From contig JBBFKW010000003.1 in the NCBI GenBank assembly GCA_037481835.1, positions 67,462 through 131,461 of the forward strand: a stretch of DNA of 64,000 nt. The letters are read 5' to 3'. The position numbers and the translations under genes were made by a program. The stretch is from Desulfosoma sp. (lineage in GTDB: Bacteria > Desulfobacterota > Syntrophobacteria > Syntrophobacterales > DSM-9756). Below the pieces are notes generated by a model. That model was not told where the DNA came from and did no database searches. It saw only the letters and a list, made by a program, of their open reading frames with translations. Shown one piece after another: positions 1-8,893 of the stretch. Position 1 is the first letter of the stretch. Every line of letters begins with the position of its first letter.

Positions 1-1371
1 GCCGTCTATGCCCGCAGGAAGGCGGAGGAGTTCGGCAAGTGGTGCGAGGACAATCTGCGCATCGAATATGCCAAGGGAAAACCCGAGGCCCTTCAGGGCG
101 TGCGGGTCCTTTCCTGCGGCCTGTGGCGCATGGGCCATAAGTTCGCCGCGGGCCTTCTGGGGGAGCTGGGAGCGGAAGTGATTAACGTGGAGCCGCCCGA
201 AGGGGATCCGCTCCGGAAGCTCACGCCCTTCGGCCGCGAAGAATACATGCTGGAAGACAAAAACGGCGACAAGTGCGGCTTGGATTTCATCCATGAACTG
301 CGAAACGCCTATTCCGTGACCCTCAACCTGGAAACGGAAAAGGGCCGGGAACTCTACACCAAGCTCGCACAGCACGCCGACATCCTCATCGAGGAATACC
401 CGCCGGGCTACATGGACCAACTGGGCATCGGATACCGGCAGCTGTCCCAGATCAACCCCAGGCTCATTTACTGCTGGATCGGCGAACACGGCCAGTGGGG
501 GCCCATGAAAGACAAGGTTTCCAAGTACGGCCAGTGGATGCTCGATCCCTTCGGCCAAGCGGCCTGCTCCTTCATCCACAACACGGGCTTTCCCGAAGAC
601 CTGCTCCCTCGCGGCAAGGGCGGCGATCCCACCCGTTCCGGGGTGTGGTTTGCCGACTACGTGGCCGGGGAACAGACGGCGGTGAACGCCCTGGCGGCCC
701 TTTTCTGGCGAGACGAGTTCAGCGGGGAAGGCCAGTTCATCGAGACCACGGCCGCCGAAGCCCTTATGGACATTCTGGACTTCGACATCACGTGGTACGG
801 GTTCAACAAGAGCATCAAGGCCCGAACGGGCGGTTGGGACCCCAACTTAAACCAGTACGCCTGGAACCCGTGTAAAGACGGCTACATGATGATCGGCGGC
901 CAGACGGACCGCCTGTGGTACCGCATCGGCATGTGCATCGAGCGGGAGCTGCCCATCTTCGGGCGCCTTATCCACGAAGACCCGCTCTTGAAAGAAATGG
1001 CCGCCCGCAACGCCCTCCAGGCCCTCACCAAAACCTACACCATGACCACCATGTGGCTGAGGAACATCAACCGCGTGGAAGCCGAAGAAAAACTTATGCA
1101 GTACGAAATCGCGGCCGGTCCGCTGCTCTACATCGACGAAGTGGCCGAGTTCCCGCACTTCAAGTATCGGCCGTGGGTGAACGTGCTGGAAGATGAGGAA
1201 TACGGCACCCTCATGTATGCCGAGTCCACCAACGCCTACCAGATGCGGACTCCGGCCCGCGTGAAGTGGCTCGGGCGGCCTCTGGGCAAGGACAACGCCG
1301 AGATTTTCATGAAATACATCGGCTTGGGGCAAACCGAATTGAGGGAACTCAAGGAACAAGGAGTGGTCTAA
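1..1371 (+). CDS. Class III (CaiB/BaiF) CoA-transferase, subunit 1; 5'-truncated by the window edge
   Basis: Frame 1 is open from base 1. Motifs [47 protein letters not shown]; catalytic-Asp region FADYVAG; GEGQFIE. Confidence 0.9.
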   Translation, partial: AVYARRKAEEFGKWCEDNLRIEYAKGKPEALQGVRVLSCGLWRMGHKFAAGLLGELGAEVINVEPPEGDPLRKLTPFGREEYMLEDKNGDKCGLDFIHELRNAYSVTLNLETEKGRELYTKLAQHADILIEEYPPGYMDQLGIGYRQLSQINPRLIYCWIGEHGQWGPMKDKVSKYGQWMLDPFGQAACSFIHNTGFPEDLLPRGKGGDPTRSGVWFADYVAGEQTAVNALAALFWRDEFSGEGQFIETTAAEALMDILDFDITWYGFNKSIKARTGGWDPNLNQYAWNPCKDGYMMIGGQTDRLWYRIGMCIERELPIFGRLIHEDPLLKEMAARNALQALTKTYTMTTMWLRNINRVEAEEKLMQYEIAAGPLLYIDEVAEFPHFKYRPWVNVLEDEEYGTLMYAESTNAYQMRTPARVKWLGRPLGKDNAEIFMKYIGLGQTELRELKEQGVV

Positions 1372-1372
1372 G

Positions 1373-2785
1373 ATGAAAGATCAGCGAGTGACCCGAATCG
1401 AAGATCTGCCGGGGCCCAAGAGTCAGGGGGAACTGGAAGAGATGAAGATGCCCTATGAGGAGTATTGCCGGAAGGTCTTCGCCCCGGGGCAGGAGAAGAC
1501 CAAGCCGGAATCCCTCAAGGGCATCCGGTGGCTCAGCACCACCATGTACATCTTCACGCCCCACTCCGTGGCCAACCTGGCCGAACTGGGGGCGGAATGC
1601 ATCAAGGTGGAGATGCCGCGCATGGGCGACCCCATGAGGCACACGTCGCCCTTCAATGAGTGTTATCTCTATCCGCTCCATGACAGCCGTCCCATGACGG
1701 GAACCGGCCTGGGGTTCACCAACGCCAACCCCAACGAATACTACATCTCCATGGACTATCACGTGCCGGAGATGAAAGAAGCTTTTTACCGGCTCGTGAA
1801 ACTGTCCGACGGCCTGACCGAATGTTACCGCCCCGGAACTTTCGACCGCTGGAAACAGAGCTACCGGTATCTCCAGGAGCTCAATCCGCGGTTCATCTAC
1901 GTCTGGGGCGGCGGTTTCGGTTACGGCCCCAAGGTCTTCGGCGGCTCCTACGACATCCTCGGGCAGGCCCACGCCGGCTTGGCCAGCGTCACGGGCTTCC
2001 ATGAAGACTTCGGCGGCCACTGCACCAAGCACTCCAACTGGTGTATCGACTGGTATTCGGGAACCCAGATCACGGTGGCCATCTTGGCGGCCCTGTATTG
2101 GCGCCGCAAGACGGGTCTGGGCACCATGATCGAATTTTCTCAGGTCCAGGCGGCCACCCGTTGCCTCGGCTACACGGTGCCTCTCTACGGCCGGTTCGGC
2201 ATCGTCCGCCAACGGTGGGGCAACTGGGATACCCAGCTGTGCGTCCACGGGATCATCCTGTGCGGCAAGAGCGATTATCCCGATGAGCCCAACCCGCAGC
2301 TCAAGTACGAAGCCCGCTACGCCGTGGTGAGCGCCTTCAACGATCCGGACTTCAAGGAACTGTGCGCCATCATCGGCCGAAATGACCTCTGGGATCAGTA
2401 CAAGACCCTGCAGCAGCGTGTGCGGCCTCAGGCCCAGATCGCCATTTACAAGGCCCTGGAAGAGTGGGCGGCGGACAAGACCCGCTCCCAGGTGGTGAAA
2501 ACCTTGACCGACGCCGGGCTCCTCGCCATGCCCGTCATGAACGACAAGGAAGTGTACGAGTGCGAGCACTTCCGTCAGAGGGGCACCATCCGGTGGCTGG
2601 ATGATCCGGTCTTCGGCGATGTGCTCATCCAGAGCGGCTACAGCTGCGGCCTCATGAGCAAGACCCCTCGCCGGGTCAACTGGATCTGGCGGCCGGTGGG
2701 GGCCGACAATGTGAAGATCTACCACGAAATGCTCGGGTACCCCATGAGCAAGATCGAAGAGTGGTACGAAAAGAACCTCATCTAG
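1373..2785 (+). CDS. Class III CoA-transferase, subunit 2
   Basis: [37 protein letters not shown], catalytic-Asp region [16 protein letters not shown]. Starts 1 nt after the upstream stop. Confidence 0.9.
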   Translation: MKDQRVTRIEDLPGPKSQGELEEMKMPYEEYCRKVFAPGQEKTKPESLKGIRWLSTTMYIFTPHSVANLAELGAECIKVEMPRMGDPMRHTSPFNECYLYPLHDSRPMTGTGLGFTNANPNEYYISMDYHVPEMKEAFYRLVKLSDGLTECYRPGTFDRWKQSYRYLQELNPRFIYVWGGGFGYGPKVFGGSYDILGQAHAGLASVTGFHEDFGGHCTKHSNWCIDWYSGTQITVAILAALYWRRKTGLGTMIEFSQVQAATRCLGYTVPLYGRFGIVRQRWGNWDTQLCVHGIILCGKSDYPDEPNPQLKYEARYAVVSAFNDPDFKELCAIIGRNDLWDQYKTLQQRVRPQAQIAIYKALEEWAADKTRSQVVKTLTDAGLLAMPVMNDKEVYECEHFRQRGTIRWLDDPVFGDVLIQSGYSCGLMSKTPRRVNWIWRPVGADNVKIYHEMLGYPMSKIEEWYEKNLI

Positions 2786-2801
2786 AGGGGAGGAGCGGCC
2801 G

Positions 2802-3269
2802 ATGTGTGACATCATTTGGTGCAAAGAGTGTGATACGGTCAATTACCTGGATCCGTATTACTTCTGGAATTGGGAAGGCAAGATCAAGTGTGCCGGCTGT
2901 GAAAACGTCTATTACATTTACATGATCCAGGGGCACATGTACAAAGGGCCGGACAAAAAACCCGGGGAAAAGCCGGACATTCTGCCCGTCTACGCAGACA
3001 AACCCAACGACGGCTATGAACAGATCCTTCCCGGAACGCCGGGGAAGACCCGTCCTTACAACTGCTTGCCGCGCCACATCTACCTGGGCCGGGCCGACAT
3101 GGTGAAATTCAGCGCCCGAGGCCGCCCCGTGCGCGGGTGGCGTCCCCAGCCGCCGTCCACGGGTGTGGCGGGATCCTGCGGCTTTACGTGGGATATCCAA
3201 AAACTTTCGCCTGAAGTGTGGCAGGAATACCAGGAAAAGATCAAAAAGGGCGAAGTGGGTGAGTGGTAA
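2802..3269 (+). CDS. Hypothetical protein with N-terminal zinc-ribbon-like CxxC...CxxC
   Basis: CKEC and CAGC pairs about 20 aa apart; strong SD (GGAGGAG) upstream; operonic spacing. Confidence 0.8.
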   Translation: MCDIIWCKECDTVNYLDPYYFWNWEGKIKCAGCENVYYIYMIQGHMYKGPDKKPGEKPDILPVYADKPNDGYEQILPGTPGKTRPYNCLPRHIYLGRADMVKFSARGRPVRGWRPQPPSTGVAGSCGFTWDIQKLSPEVWQEYQEKIKKGEVGEW

Positions 3270-3289
3270 AAGAAAGGAGTGGTGCGACC

Positions 3290-3517
3290 ATGGCAGAGTT
3301 GACTCCCCGGCAATTTCTCGACACCGTCCTGGTGCCCGAGAAGCAGAGCGACCATATTTGCTGGCAGTGCCTCCATCTGAAACCGGCCCTCAAGGGGTCC
3401 AAGTTTCCTCCGGCCGACATCATCGGCTGGTGCAAGAAGATTCACTGGCCTCACTATTGGTGTGTGGCGGACTTCAACGTGGTGAAAAAATGCTTCGCCT
3501 TTGAAGCCAAACAGTAG
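3290..3517 (+). CDS. Small Cys-rich protein (75 aa), possible Fe-S or Zn binding
   Basis: SD AAGGAG before ATG 3290; CWQC-x18-GWC-x9-C-x9-CFAF. Confidence 0.75.
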   Translation: MAELTPRQFLDTVLVPEKQSDHICWQCLHLKPALKGSKFPPADIIGWCKKIHWPHYWCVADFNVVKKCFAFEAKQ

Positions 3518-3524
3518 GACGGCC

Positions 3525-3821
3525 ATGCACGAAGCAATGTTGGAACAGGCACGGATCTTTGCGGCCCAGGAACTGGAACGGCTCAAGTCCATGGTGCTCA
3601 CCTGGAAGGCCAGCTACCTGGACATGGCCGACGGCGACGGCCACGATGATTTCCTCGTGTTGGAATTCGCCCACGAGATCGAGGAATACATGGGCCCATT
3701 CGTCCGGCGGATGCACATGACCCAACAGTTGGACGACGATCAGGTGAGCGCCTTTTGGGACTTTTGTTACGGGCAGGTCAAGGACCTGCGGTCGTCTCTA
3801 TCGACGCAAGAGGAGGGTTAG
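3525..3821 (+). CDS. Hypothetical acidic helical protein (98 aa)
   Basis: Tightly spaced in the operon, AGGA upstream, plausible protein composition. Confidence 0.7.
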   Translation: MHEAMLEQARIFAAQELERLKSMVLTWKASYLDMADGDGHDDFLVLEFAHEIEEYMGPFVRRMHMTQQLDDDQVSAFWDFCYGQVKDLRSSLSTQEEG

Positions 3822-3822
3822 C

Positions 3823-4242
3823 ATGCCCGAAAAATGCCGAGTGAGCGTGTGCGGATTCGACCCCATGCTGGTCCGGGGTTATGTGAAGACGGGCTACAGG
3901 GCCCTGTGGTGGTACTTGCCGGATGACGTCTACAACGACTTCAAGGTCAAACCCGGCGACAAGGTCATCGGACGGCTCCTGGCGGTCTACAACCCCAAGG
4001 GGGAAAAGACGGCGGAGCCCAACGAAGATTTTCGTTGGGAAGCCAGCAAGGAAACGGGCTACGCCGTGCTGCTGCCGCCCGAGGTCATCACCAAGTACGA
4101 ACTCACCGAGTTTCATTTCATCGAGCTCGTGATCAACAAGATCAACGAAGCCGATGTCTATCCCGGTGAGGAAAAGAAAACCAAGTGGTGGCCGAAGGAA
4201 AAAATGAAACTGAGCTATTTCCTGCCCTACGCGGCGCCGTAA
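3823..4242 (+). CDS. Hypothetical protein (139 aa) with an internal duplicated motif
   Basis: SD AGGAGG upstream, 1-nt gap from the previous gene; two TGY...LP.[DE]V repeats. Confidence 0.75.
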   Translation: MPEKCRVSVCGFDPMLVRGYVKTGYRALWWYLPDDVYNDFKVKPGDKVIGRLLAVYNPKGEKTAEPNEDFRWEASKETGYAVLLPPEVITKYELTEFHFIELVINKINEADVYPGEEKKTKWWPKEKMKLSYFLPYAAP

Positions 4243-4250
4243 GACACGGT

Positions 4251-4354
4251 GGGGAAAGCCGTCGATGGTGCGGGCGCGCTCCGTGACAAGCGGCCTTCCC
4301 CATGCAAACGTCGCCCGGGTCGCCGACTCTGTGAACCCAGCGGGTCGGCGGCCC
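4251..4354. other. Two consecutive GC-rich hairpins after the operon end
   Basis: GGGGAAAGCCG 4251-4261 pairs with CGGCCTTCCCC 4291-4301; GGGTCGCCGACTC 4317-4329 pairs with GGGTCGGCGGCCC 4342-4354; no U-tract. Confidence 0.4.
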
Positions 4355-4462
4355 GCCGCGCGCTTCCCTCCCTGACGGGAATCCTGCCGCTGCTCCGAGA
4401 AACTGGATGATTATCGGTGACGACGTGAGTTCGAAATGCTGCCTGATGGAAAGGACCTTCGC

Positions 4463-5689
4463 ATGTTAGCGACCCCCCAGGAAAACGACTACGAAAACCT
4501 TCAGTGCACTCCCTACGAATTGGAAAAACCCACTCAAGGCTGGACGCGTTTGGCCCAGATGACCGAAGAATCGGAGCCGCTTTTCGAGAGCACCTGGTTT
4601 CTCGAGGGGTACAATTTTTCTTCCAACATCTACATCGTCCAGGATGACGGTCTCACCGTCATTGACCCGGGAAACGACTACACAGCCTATCTCCAGTTTT
4701 TCGACTTGGGACTGGACCCGGCTTCCGTCACACGGGTCGTCATTACCCACGGGCATTTCGATCATGCCATGGGCGTCCTGGAACTGTGCAATTACCGGGG
4801 GATCCGCGAAAAGAAGACGATGGAGATCGTCATGCACGAAGCCGGCCCGGAAGAGCTCAAGAAGAACCTGGAGCCTTTGGGTTTTCCCGTGCGTTTTGTC
4901 CAGGGTGGGGAAACCCTTCACACGGGCCGGTTTGCTCTGGAGGTGGTCCATACCCCGGGCCATACCTTCGACGGGATCTGCCTTTACCACAAGGATTCGA
5001 AAAGCCTCTTCAGCGGGGATGCCGTGCTCCCCCACGGCCTTTCGGCGCCGGACAAGCACGGCGGCGGACGCCTGGACCACATGCTCCAGGCCTTCAGAAC
5101 CCTGCGACGCATGGATATCGCCCATGTCCTTCCCGGGCATGGGTGGCCGGTTTTCGGTTTGGGCCCGAGGCTCTTGGAGGCCAGCTACGAGGAAATGATC
5201 AAGCACCTGCTGGGGGTGAGTCGGGAGGTTTCCTGCGAGGAGGCCGCCCGGCACCTGATCGGCAAAGGCTGTCTGGAAGAAGCCTTGTACTGCGCCGAAA
5301 AGTCCATCCGCTGCAATCCGGGGGACGCTTCGGCCTTGCGCGTGAAGGTCCTGTGCCTGAACGACATGGGCCGGTTCGACGAGGCCCTGCAAACCCTCGA
5401 GGGGCTGCAGGCAATCCTCCCGGGCTCGCACCAAGACGACGAGGGGCGCTTCCAAGCCCTCGCCCGCGGTTATGCTCTCATGGGCTTGGGACGCTACGAA
5501 GAGGCCGTCACCGCTTTCGATGAAGTGCTCCGTCGCCATGGGGACGTGAAGGAAGCCCAGATCTACAAGGGGATGGCCTTGTACCTTTCGGGGCGCCAAG
5601 ACGATGCCATGGACATTGAGCCTTTCCGAAGCGAATTCGTGGGGCGGTTCAAAGAGGAGCTGATGCAGAAGGTATCGCAAAAGGATTGA
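4463..5689 (+). CDS. MBL-fold metallo-hydrolase with C-terminal TPR repeats
   Basis: THGHFDH, HTPGHT, FSGD, PGHG motifs; helical TPR-like repeats in the C-terminal part. SD AAGGA favours ATG 4463; alternative start 4436. Confidence 0.85.
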   Translation: MLATPQENDYENLQCTPYELEKPTQGWTRLAQMTEESEPLFESTWFLEGYNFSSNIYIVQDDGLTVIDPGNDYTAYLQFFDLGLDPASVTRVVITHGHFDHAMGVLELCNYRGIREKKTMEIVMHEAGPEELKKNLEPLGFPVRFVQGGETLHTGRFALEVVHTPGHTFDGICLYHKDSKSLFSGDAVLPHGLSAPDKHGGGRLDHMLQAFRTLRRMDIAHVLPGHGWPVFGLGPRLLEASYEEMIKHLLGVSREVSCEEAARHLIGKGCLEEALYCAEKSIRCNPGDASALRVKVLCLNDMGRFDEALQTLEGLQAILPGSHQDDEGRFQALARGYALMGLGRYEEAVTAFDEVLRRHGDVKEAQIYKGMALYLSGRQDDAMDIEPFRSEFVGRFKEELMQKVSQKD

Positions 5690-5788
5690 GCCGACTCGAA
5701 AGAGAAGGCTCCGGCGCTCGCTTTTCTCAGCAAGCTTCCGCGGTGCTCGAGGCCCTGGGCGGCCTCGGGGCGGCGGTGTGAAGAAAAG

Positions 5789-6238
5789 ATGGCATCCAAA
5801 AAGGAACCCTCAAAGGTCTTCTTGTGGGTTTCCCGCGAAGAGGTCCGTCTCCACGCGCTCGAAGCCCTGGCTCAAGTGGGGGCGCAGACGGAGAGCGTTG
5901 AAAGCTTGTCGGCTCTTCTGGAACGCCTCGGGGGTGTCGGTCGCGCCATCGTGATCCTTGACAGCGGGTCGATCCACCATCACGGCCCCACGATCTACGG
6001 GCGCATTCGTGCGGCGTGCAAGAGTTGCCGCCTCATCGTCTTGTGCGCCCAGGACTCCCGCGGGCTGATCCGCGAGGCCATGGAAGCCGGGGTGTACGGC
6101 TGCGTCGTCGAACCCTACGCCCCTTGGGAAATCCAGACCATGGTCCGCCACATCCTCGCCGATTTCGACCATGAAGTCGTGAGCGCCACCAAGCCCCTCC
6201 CCAAGAGCAAAGCCGCGGACGAAATGCCCCACCGTTGA
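5789..6238 (+). CDS. Atypical stand-alone receiver-domain protein
   Basis: CheY-like pattern VILDSG ... LIVLC ... AMEAGVYGCVVEPY; the conserved Lys is replaced by Glu. Confidence 0.65.
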   Translation: MASKKEPSKVFLWVSREEVRLHALEALAQVGAQTESVESLSALLERLGGVGRAIVILDSGSIHHHGPTIYGRIRAACKSCRLIVLCAQDSRGLIREAMEAGVYGCVVEPYAPWEIQTMVRHILADFDHEVVSATKPLPKSKAADEMPHR

Positions 6239-6289
6239 GCCGGATCTTCCGCCCAACCACCCGTCATCAACCGTGTCTAGAAGAGTTTT

Positions 6290-6493
6290 GTTGGGGTTCG
6301 CTGCGCTCACCCCAACCTACGGGTTTGTTGTCGGGCGGCGGGATGAACATGTACGTTGGGACTGGCGGCGCTCACCCCAACCTGCAGCTCAAGCGCGATG
6401 CTGCGCAATTTTTGTTGGGGTTCGCTGCGCTCACCCCAACCTACGGGTTTGTTGTGGAAGATGTAGGTTGGGGTGAGCGGAGCGAACCCCAAC
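6290..6493. repeat. REP family A cluster, 4 copies of a 31-nt GTAG-type palindrome
   Basis: Consensus GTAGGTTGGGGTGAGCG(C/G/A)AGCGAACCCCAAC. Copies 6290-6320(-), 6355-6385(-, degenerate), 6414-6444(-), 6463-6493(+). Confidence 0.9.
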
Positions 6494-6538
6494 GCACAAC
6501 AGGCTCGAGCATGGTTTTTTTCGCAGGAGGGGAGCCTG

Positions 6539-6567
6539 AAAAAAAGGGGCGGGAAAGATCCCGCCCC
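6539..6567 (-). terminator. Intrinsic terminator of aor
   Basis: Minus strand reads GGGGCGGGA-TCTT-TCCCGCCCC followed by T7, just after the aor stop. Confidence 0.8.
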
Positions 6568-6590
6568 ATGTCCCAAGGCCGTGCAAAGGC

Positions 6591-8327
6591 CTACCAGTTG
6601 AAGACTTTGTCCAGTTCTTCATCCGGGACGTCAAAGACGACGTTGTGGGGCGGCAGGGCTTCTTTCTTGAAATAATCGGGCAGTCGGTCGTCCTTGGACG
6701 TGAAGCCCGCCCGCAGATTGAAGTCCCTTTCCATGGACAGGACCTTCTTGCCCAGGGCGGCCACATCGTCTGCGGTCATGTTGAGCCCGTAGAAGGCGTT
6801 GATCATGTCCACCAGGGCCTGGAACGTGTCAGGTTGATCGAGGAGGGCGAAGGCGATGAACAGGCACATGCCGGTGGAGTCGATGGCGGCCGTGGCGATT
6901 TGGAGATTGCGCGACAGCTCCACCTGACCCTGGGGCGACAGGGGATCCACATCCCCGCCCACTTTGAGGATGTTGGTGGCCACAGCGTATCCCGCCGTGT
7001 GATCCGCCCCCATGGTGCTGGTGGCGTAGGTGACCCCGATACCCTTGACGGCCCGCGGGTCGTAGGCGGGCATGGCTTGGCCCTTCACCACGGGGACGCG
7101 TTCCACACCGAAGACTTTGCCGGTTACGGCCGCGCCGCTTCCCAGGATGCGGCCGAGGGGCGTGCCTTTGCCCACTTCCTTGACGAGTTCGATGGCCGCC
7201 TGGGCATCGCCGAACTTGGCCAGGCCGGCTTCCATGGCCACACCGATGGTGGCTCCCATTTCGATGGTGTCGAGGCCGATGTCATCGTCAAGGAAATCGA
7301 TTTGAGCGATGGCGTCCAGATCGTCGATGCCGCAGTTTCCCCCGTGGGCCCACACGGTTTCGTATTCCGGCTGCTTGCTGATGTAGTTGCCGTCTTTGTC
7401 CACGTAGATGCCCGAACAGCGAATGACACAGCCCCGATGACAGCCGTGGGTGGGATTGCCGCCCCGGGCCTTTTCCGTTTCCGCCTGGGTTTCCCCGCTG
7501 ATCTTGGCGGCTCCGGCGAACCGGCCCTCCTTGAAATTGTACGTCGGGTACGCCCCCGCTTCGTTGATGACGTTAGTGAGCACATTGGTCCCGTAGGCAG
7601 GGAGCCCCTGGCCTGTCACGGGGTGGCGCCTCAGACCTTCCACGAAGCGTTTGTTGGCGTCCTTGAATTTTTCCGGATCCTTGGGCGAGCGCATCTTGAC
7701 GCCGGTGTCGTCGAGCACGATGAGCTTGACGCCTTTGGACCCCATGACGGCACCCACGCCGCCCCGGCCCGCATGGCGCGTAGGACGAAGCTCGGGATCC
7801 GTGCAGGCCACCGAGGCCCCTGCCAGTTTCATCTCGCCCGCCTGGCCGATGGAGATGCAGGCGATCTTGTCGCCGTATTCCTCCTTGGCTTTTTCCACGG
7901 TCTTGTAGTTGCCGAGCCCTTTGAGGTCGTTGGCCGGAAGAACCTTCACGCCTTCTTGATTGATGACGATCTTGTAGAGCGTGTCATCCTTGGGCTTGCC
8001 TTCCAGGACGATGGCGGCGTAGCCCAGTCGCCCGAGCACCTGGGCGGGTTGACCGCCGGCATTGGCTTCCTTGATGCCTCCCGTAAGGGGGCTCTTGCAG
8101 CCCACGGATATCCGCCCCGTCATGGCCCCCGTGGTGCCACTCAAGAGCCCCGGCGCGATGACCAGCTTGTTTTCGGCACTCAGGGGATGGCACGTGGGCG
8201 GCACCTCCTTGGACACGATGGCCGACGTCATGGCCCGGCCGCCCAAACCCGCGTACTCTCCCAGAGGTTCCACGCGCACCTTGGGCCCGCCGTCCGCTCC
8301 CATATCCACGCGCAAGATCTTATCCAT
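6591..8327 (-). CDS. aor: Aldehyde:ferredoxin oxidoreductase (tungsten AOR family)
   Basis: KSPLTGGIKEANAGG, GRGGVGAVMGSKGVK, CHRGCVIRC Fe-S motif, EYET, DTIEMG. Confidence 0.95.
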   Translation of the reverse strand: MDKILRVDMGADGGPKVRVEPLGEYAGLGGRAMTSAIVSKEVPPTCHPLSAENKLVIAPGLLSGTTGAMTGRISVGCKSPLTGGIKEANAGGQPAQVLGRLGYAAIVLEGKPKDDTLYKIVINQEGVKVLPANDLKGLGNYKTVEKAKEEYGDKIACISIGQAGEMKLAGASVACTDPELRPTRHAGRGGVGAVMGSKGVKLIVLDDTGVKMRSPKDPEKFKDANKRFVEGLRRHPVTGQGLPAYGTNVLTNVINEAGAYPTYNFKEGRFAGAAKISGETQAETEKARGGNPTHGCHRGCVIRCSGIYVDKDGNYISKQPEYETVWAHGGNCGIDDLDAIAQIDFLDDDIGLDTIEMGATIGVAMEAGLAKFGDAQAAIELVKEVGKGTPLGRILGSGAAVTGKVFGVERVPVVKGQAMPAYDPRAVKGIGVTYATSTMGADHTAGYAVATNILKVGGDVDPLSPQGQVELSRNLQIATAAIDSTGMCLFIAFALLDQPDTFQALVDMINAFYGLNMTADDVAALGKKVLSMERDFNLRAGFTSKDDRLPDYFKKEALPPHNVVFDVPDEELDKVFNW

Positions 8328-8619
8328 AGCTTTCTCTCCTCCTTGTCAGTTCACGAAGCCCTTCCTCGATTTCTTCGGGCCGATAGCCCACAACCACCCG
8401 ATCGCCCAAAACCAGCGTGGGAAACGTGCACGCCGGATTCTTCCGCTTCAGGGCATCCAGGGCCAGGGATCGTTCCTCCCCGGTCAAGAGGTCCACGTGA
8501 TGGATTTCAAAGGAAACGCCGCGATCGTGCAAATACTCCTTGAGGCGCCGGCAATGGGGACAGGTGAGCAGCGCATAGAGGACCACTTCCGGACGGCCGT
8601 TGCGCATTGCATCCAACAT
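8320..8619 (-). CDS. Glutaredoxin (NrdH/Grx-like)
   Basis: CPHC active site, TFPTLV, VVGY; SD GGAGGTG upstream of ATG 8619; overlaps the aor start by 8 nt. Confidence 0.85.
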   Translation of the reverse strand: MLDAMRNGRPEVVLYALLTCPHCRRLKEYLHDRGVSFEIHHVDLLTGEERSLALDALKRKNPACTFPTLVLGDRVVVGYRPEEIEEGLRELTRRRESYG

Positions 8620-8893
8620 GAGAACACCTCCTTCGGCAGCGCCCGTGCATCGCTCCACGAGGGTTCCCGCCGTCTTTTTCCCCTCATGCTTGTCTTTCAA
8701 ATCATATTTTCCTTCGCCTGTAAAGATTTGTGCGAAAGCTTCCGGTTCGGGACATCGGCCCGTGACAAGACGACATCCCCGGTCCTTGGGGGAAGGGGGA
8801 CCGGGGATGCGGTCAAGGCGCGCCGGCGGAGGCTTGATCGGGTGTGATGACAGCGTGAACGGGGAAAGCCGGCGCGCGGGGCGGCTCCACTTC

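Noticed and set aside
6290-6493. Repeat arrays here and at 53777-53931 as CRISPR arrays
   Set aside because: Copies are in both orientations, spacers are irregular and related to each other, and no cas genes are present; they fit REP elements.
6645-8543. Long antisense ORFs (e.g. 6645-8543 +, 1349-2842 -, 21275-23011 +, 32078-33886 -, 57851-59488 +)
   Set aside because: They are shadows of well-supported genes on the opposite strand, expected in GC-rich DNA, and show no family motifs.
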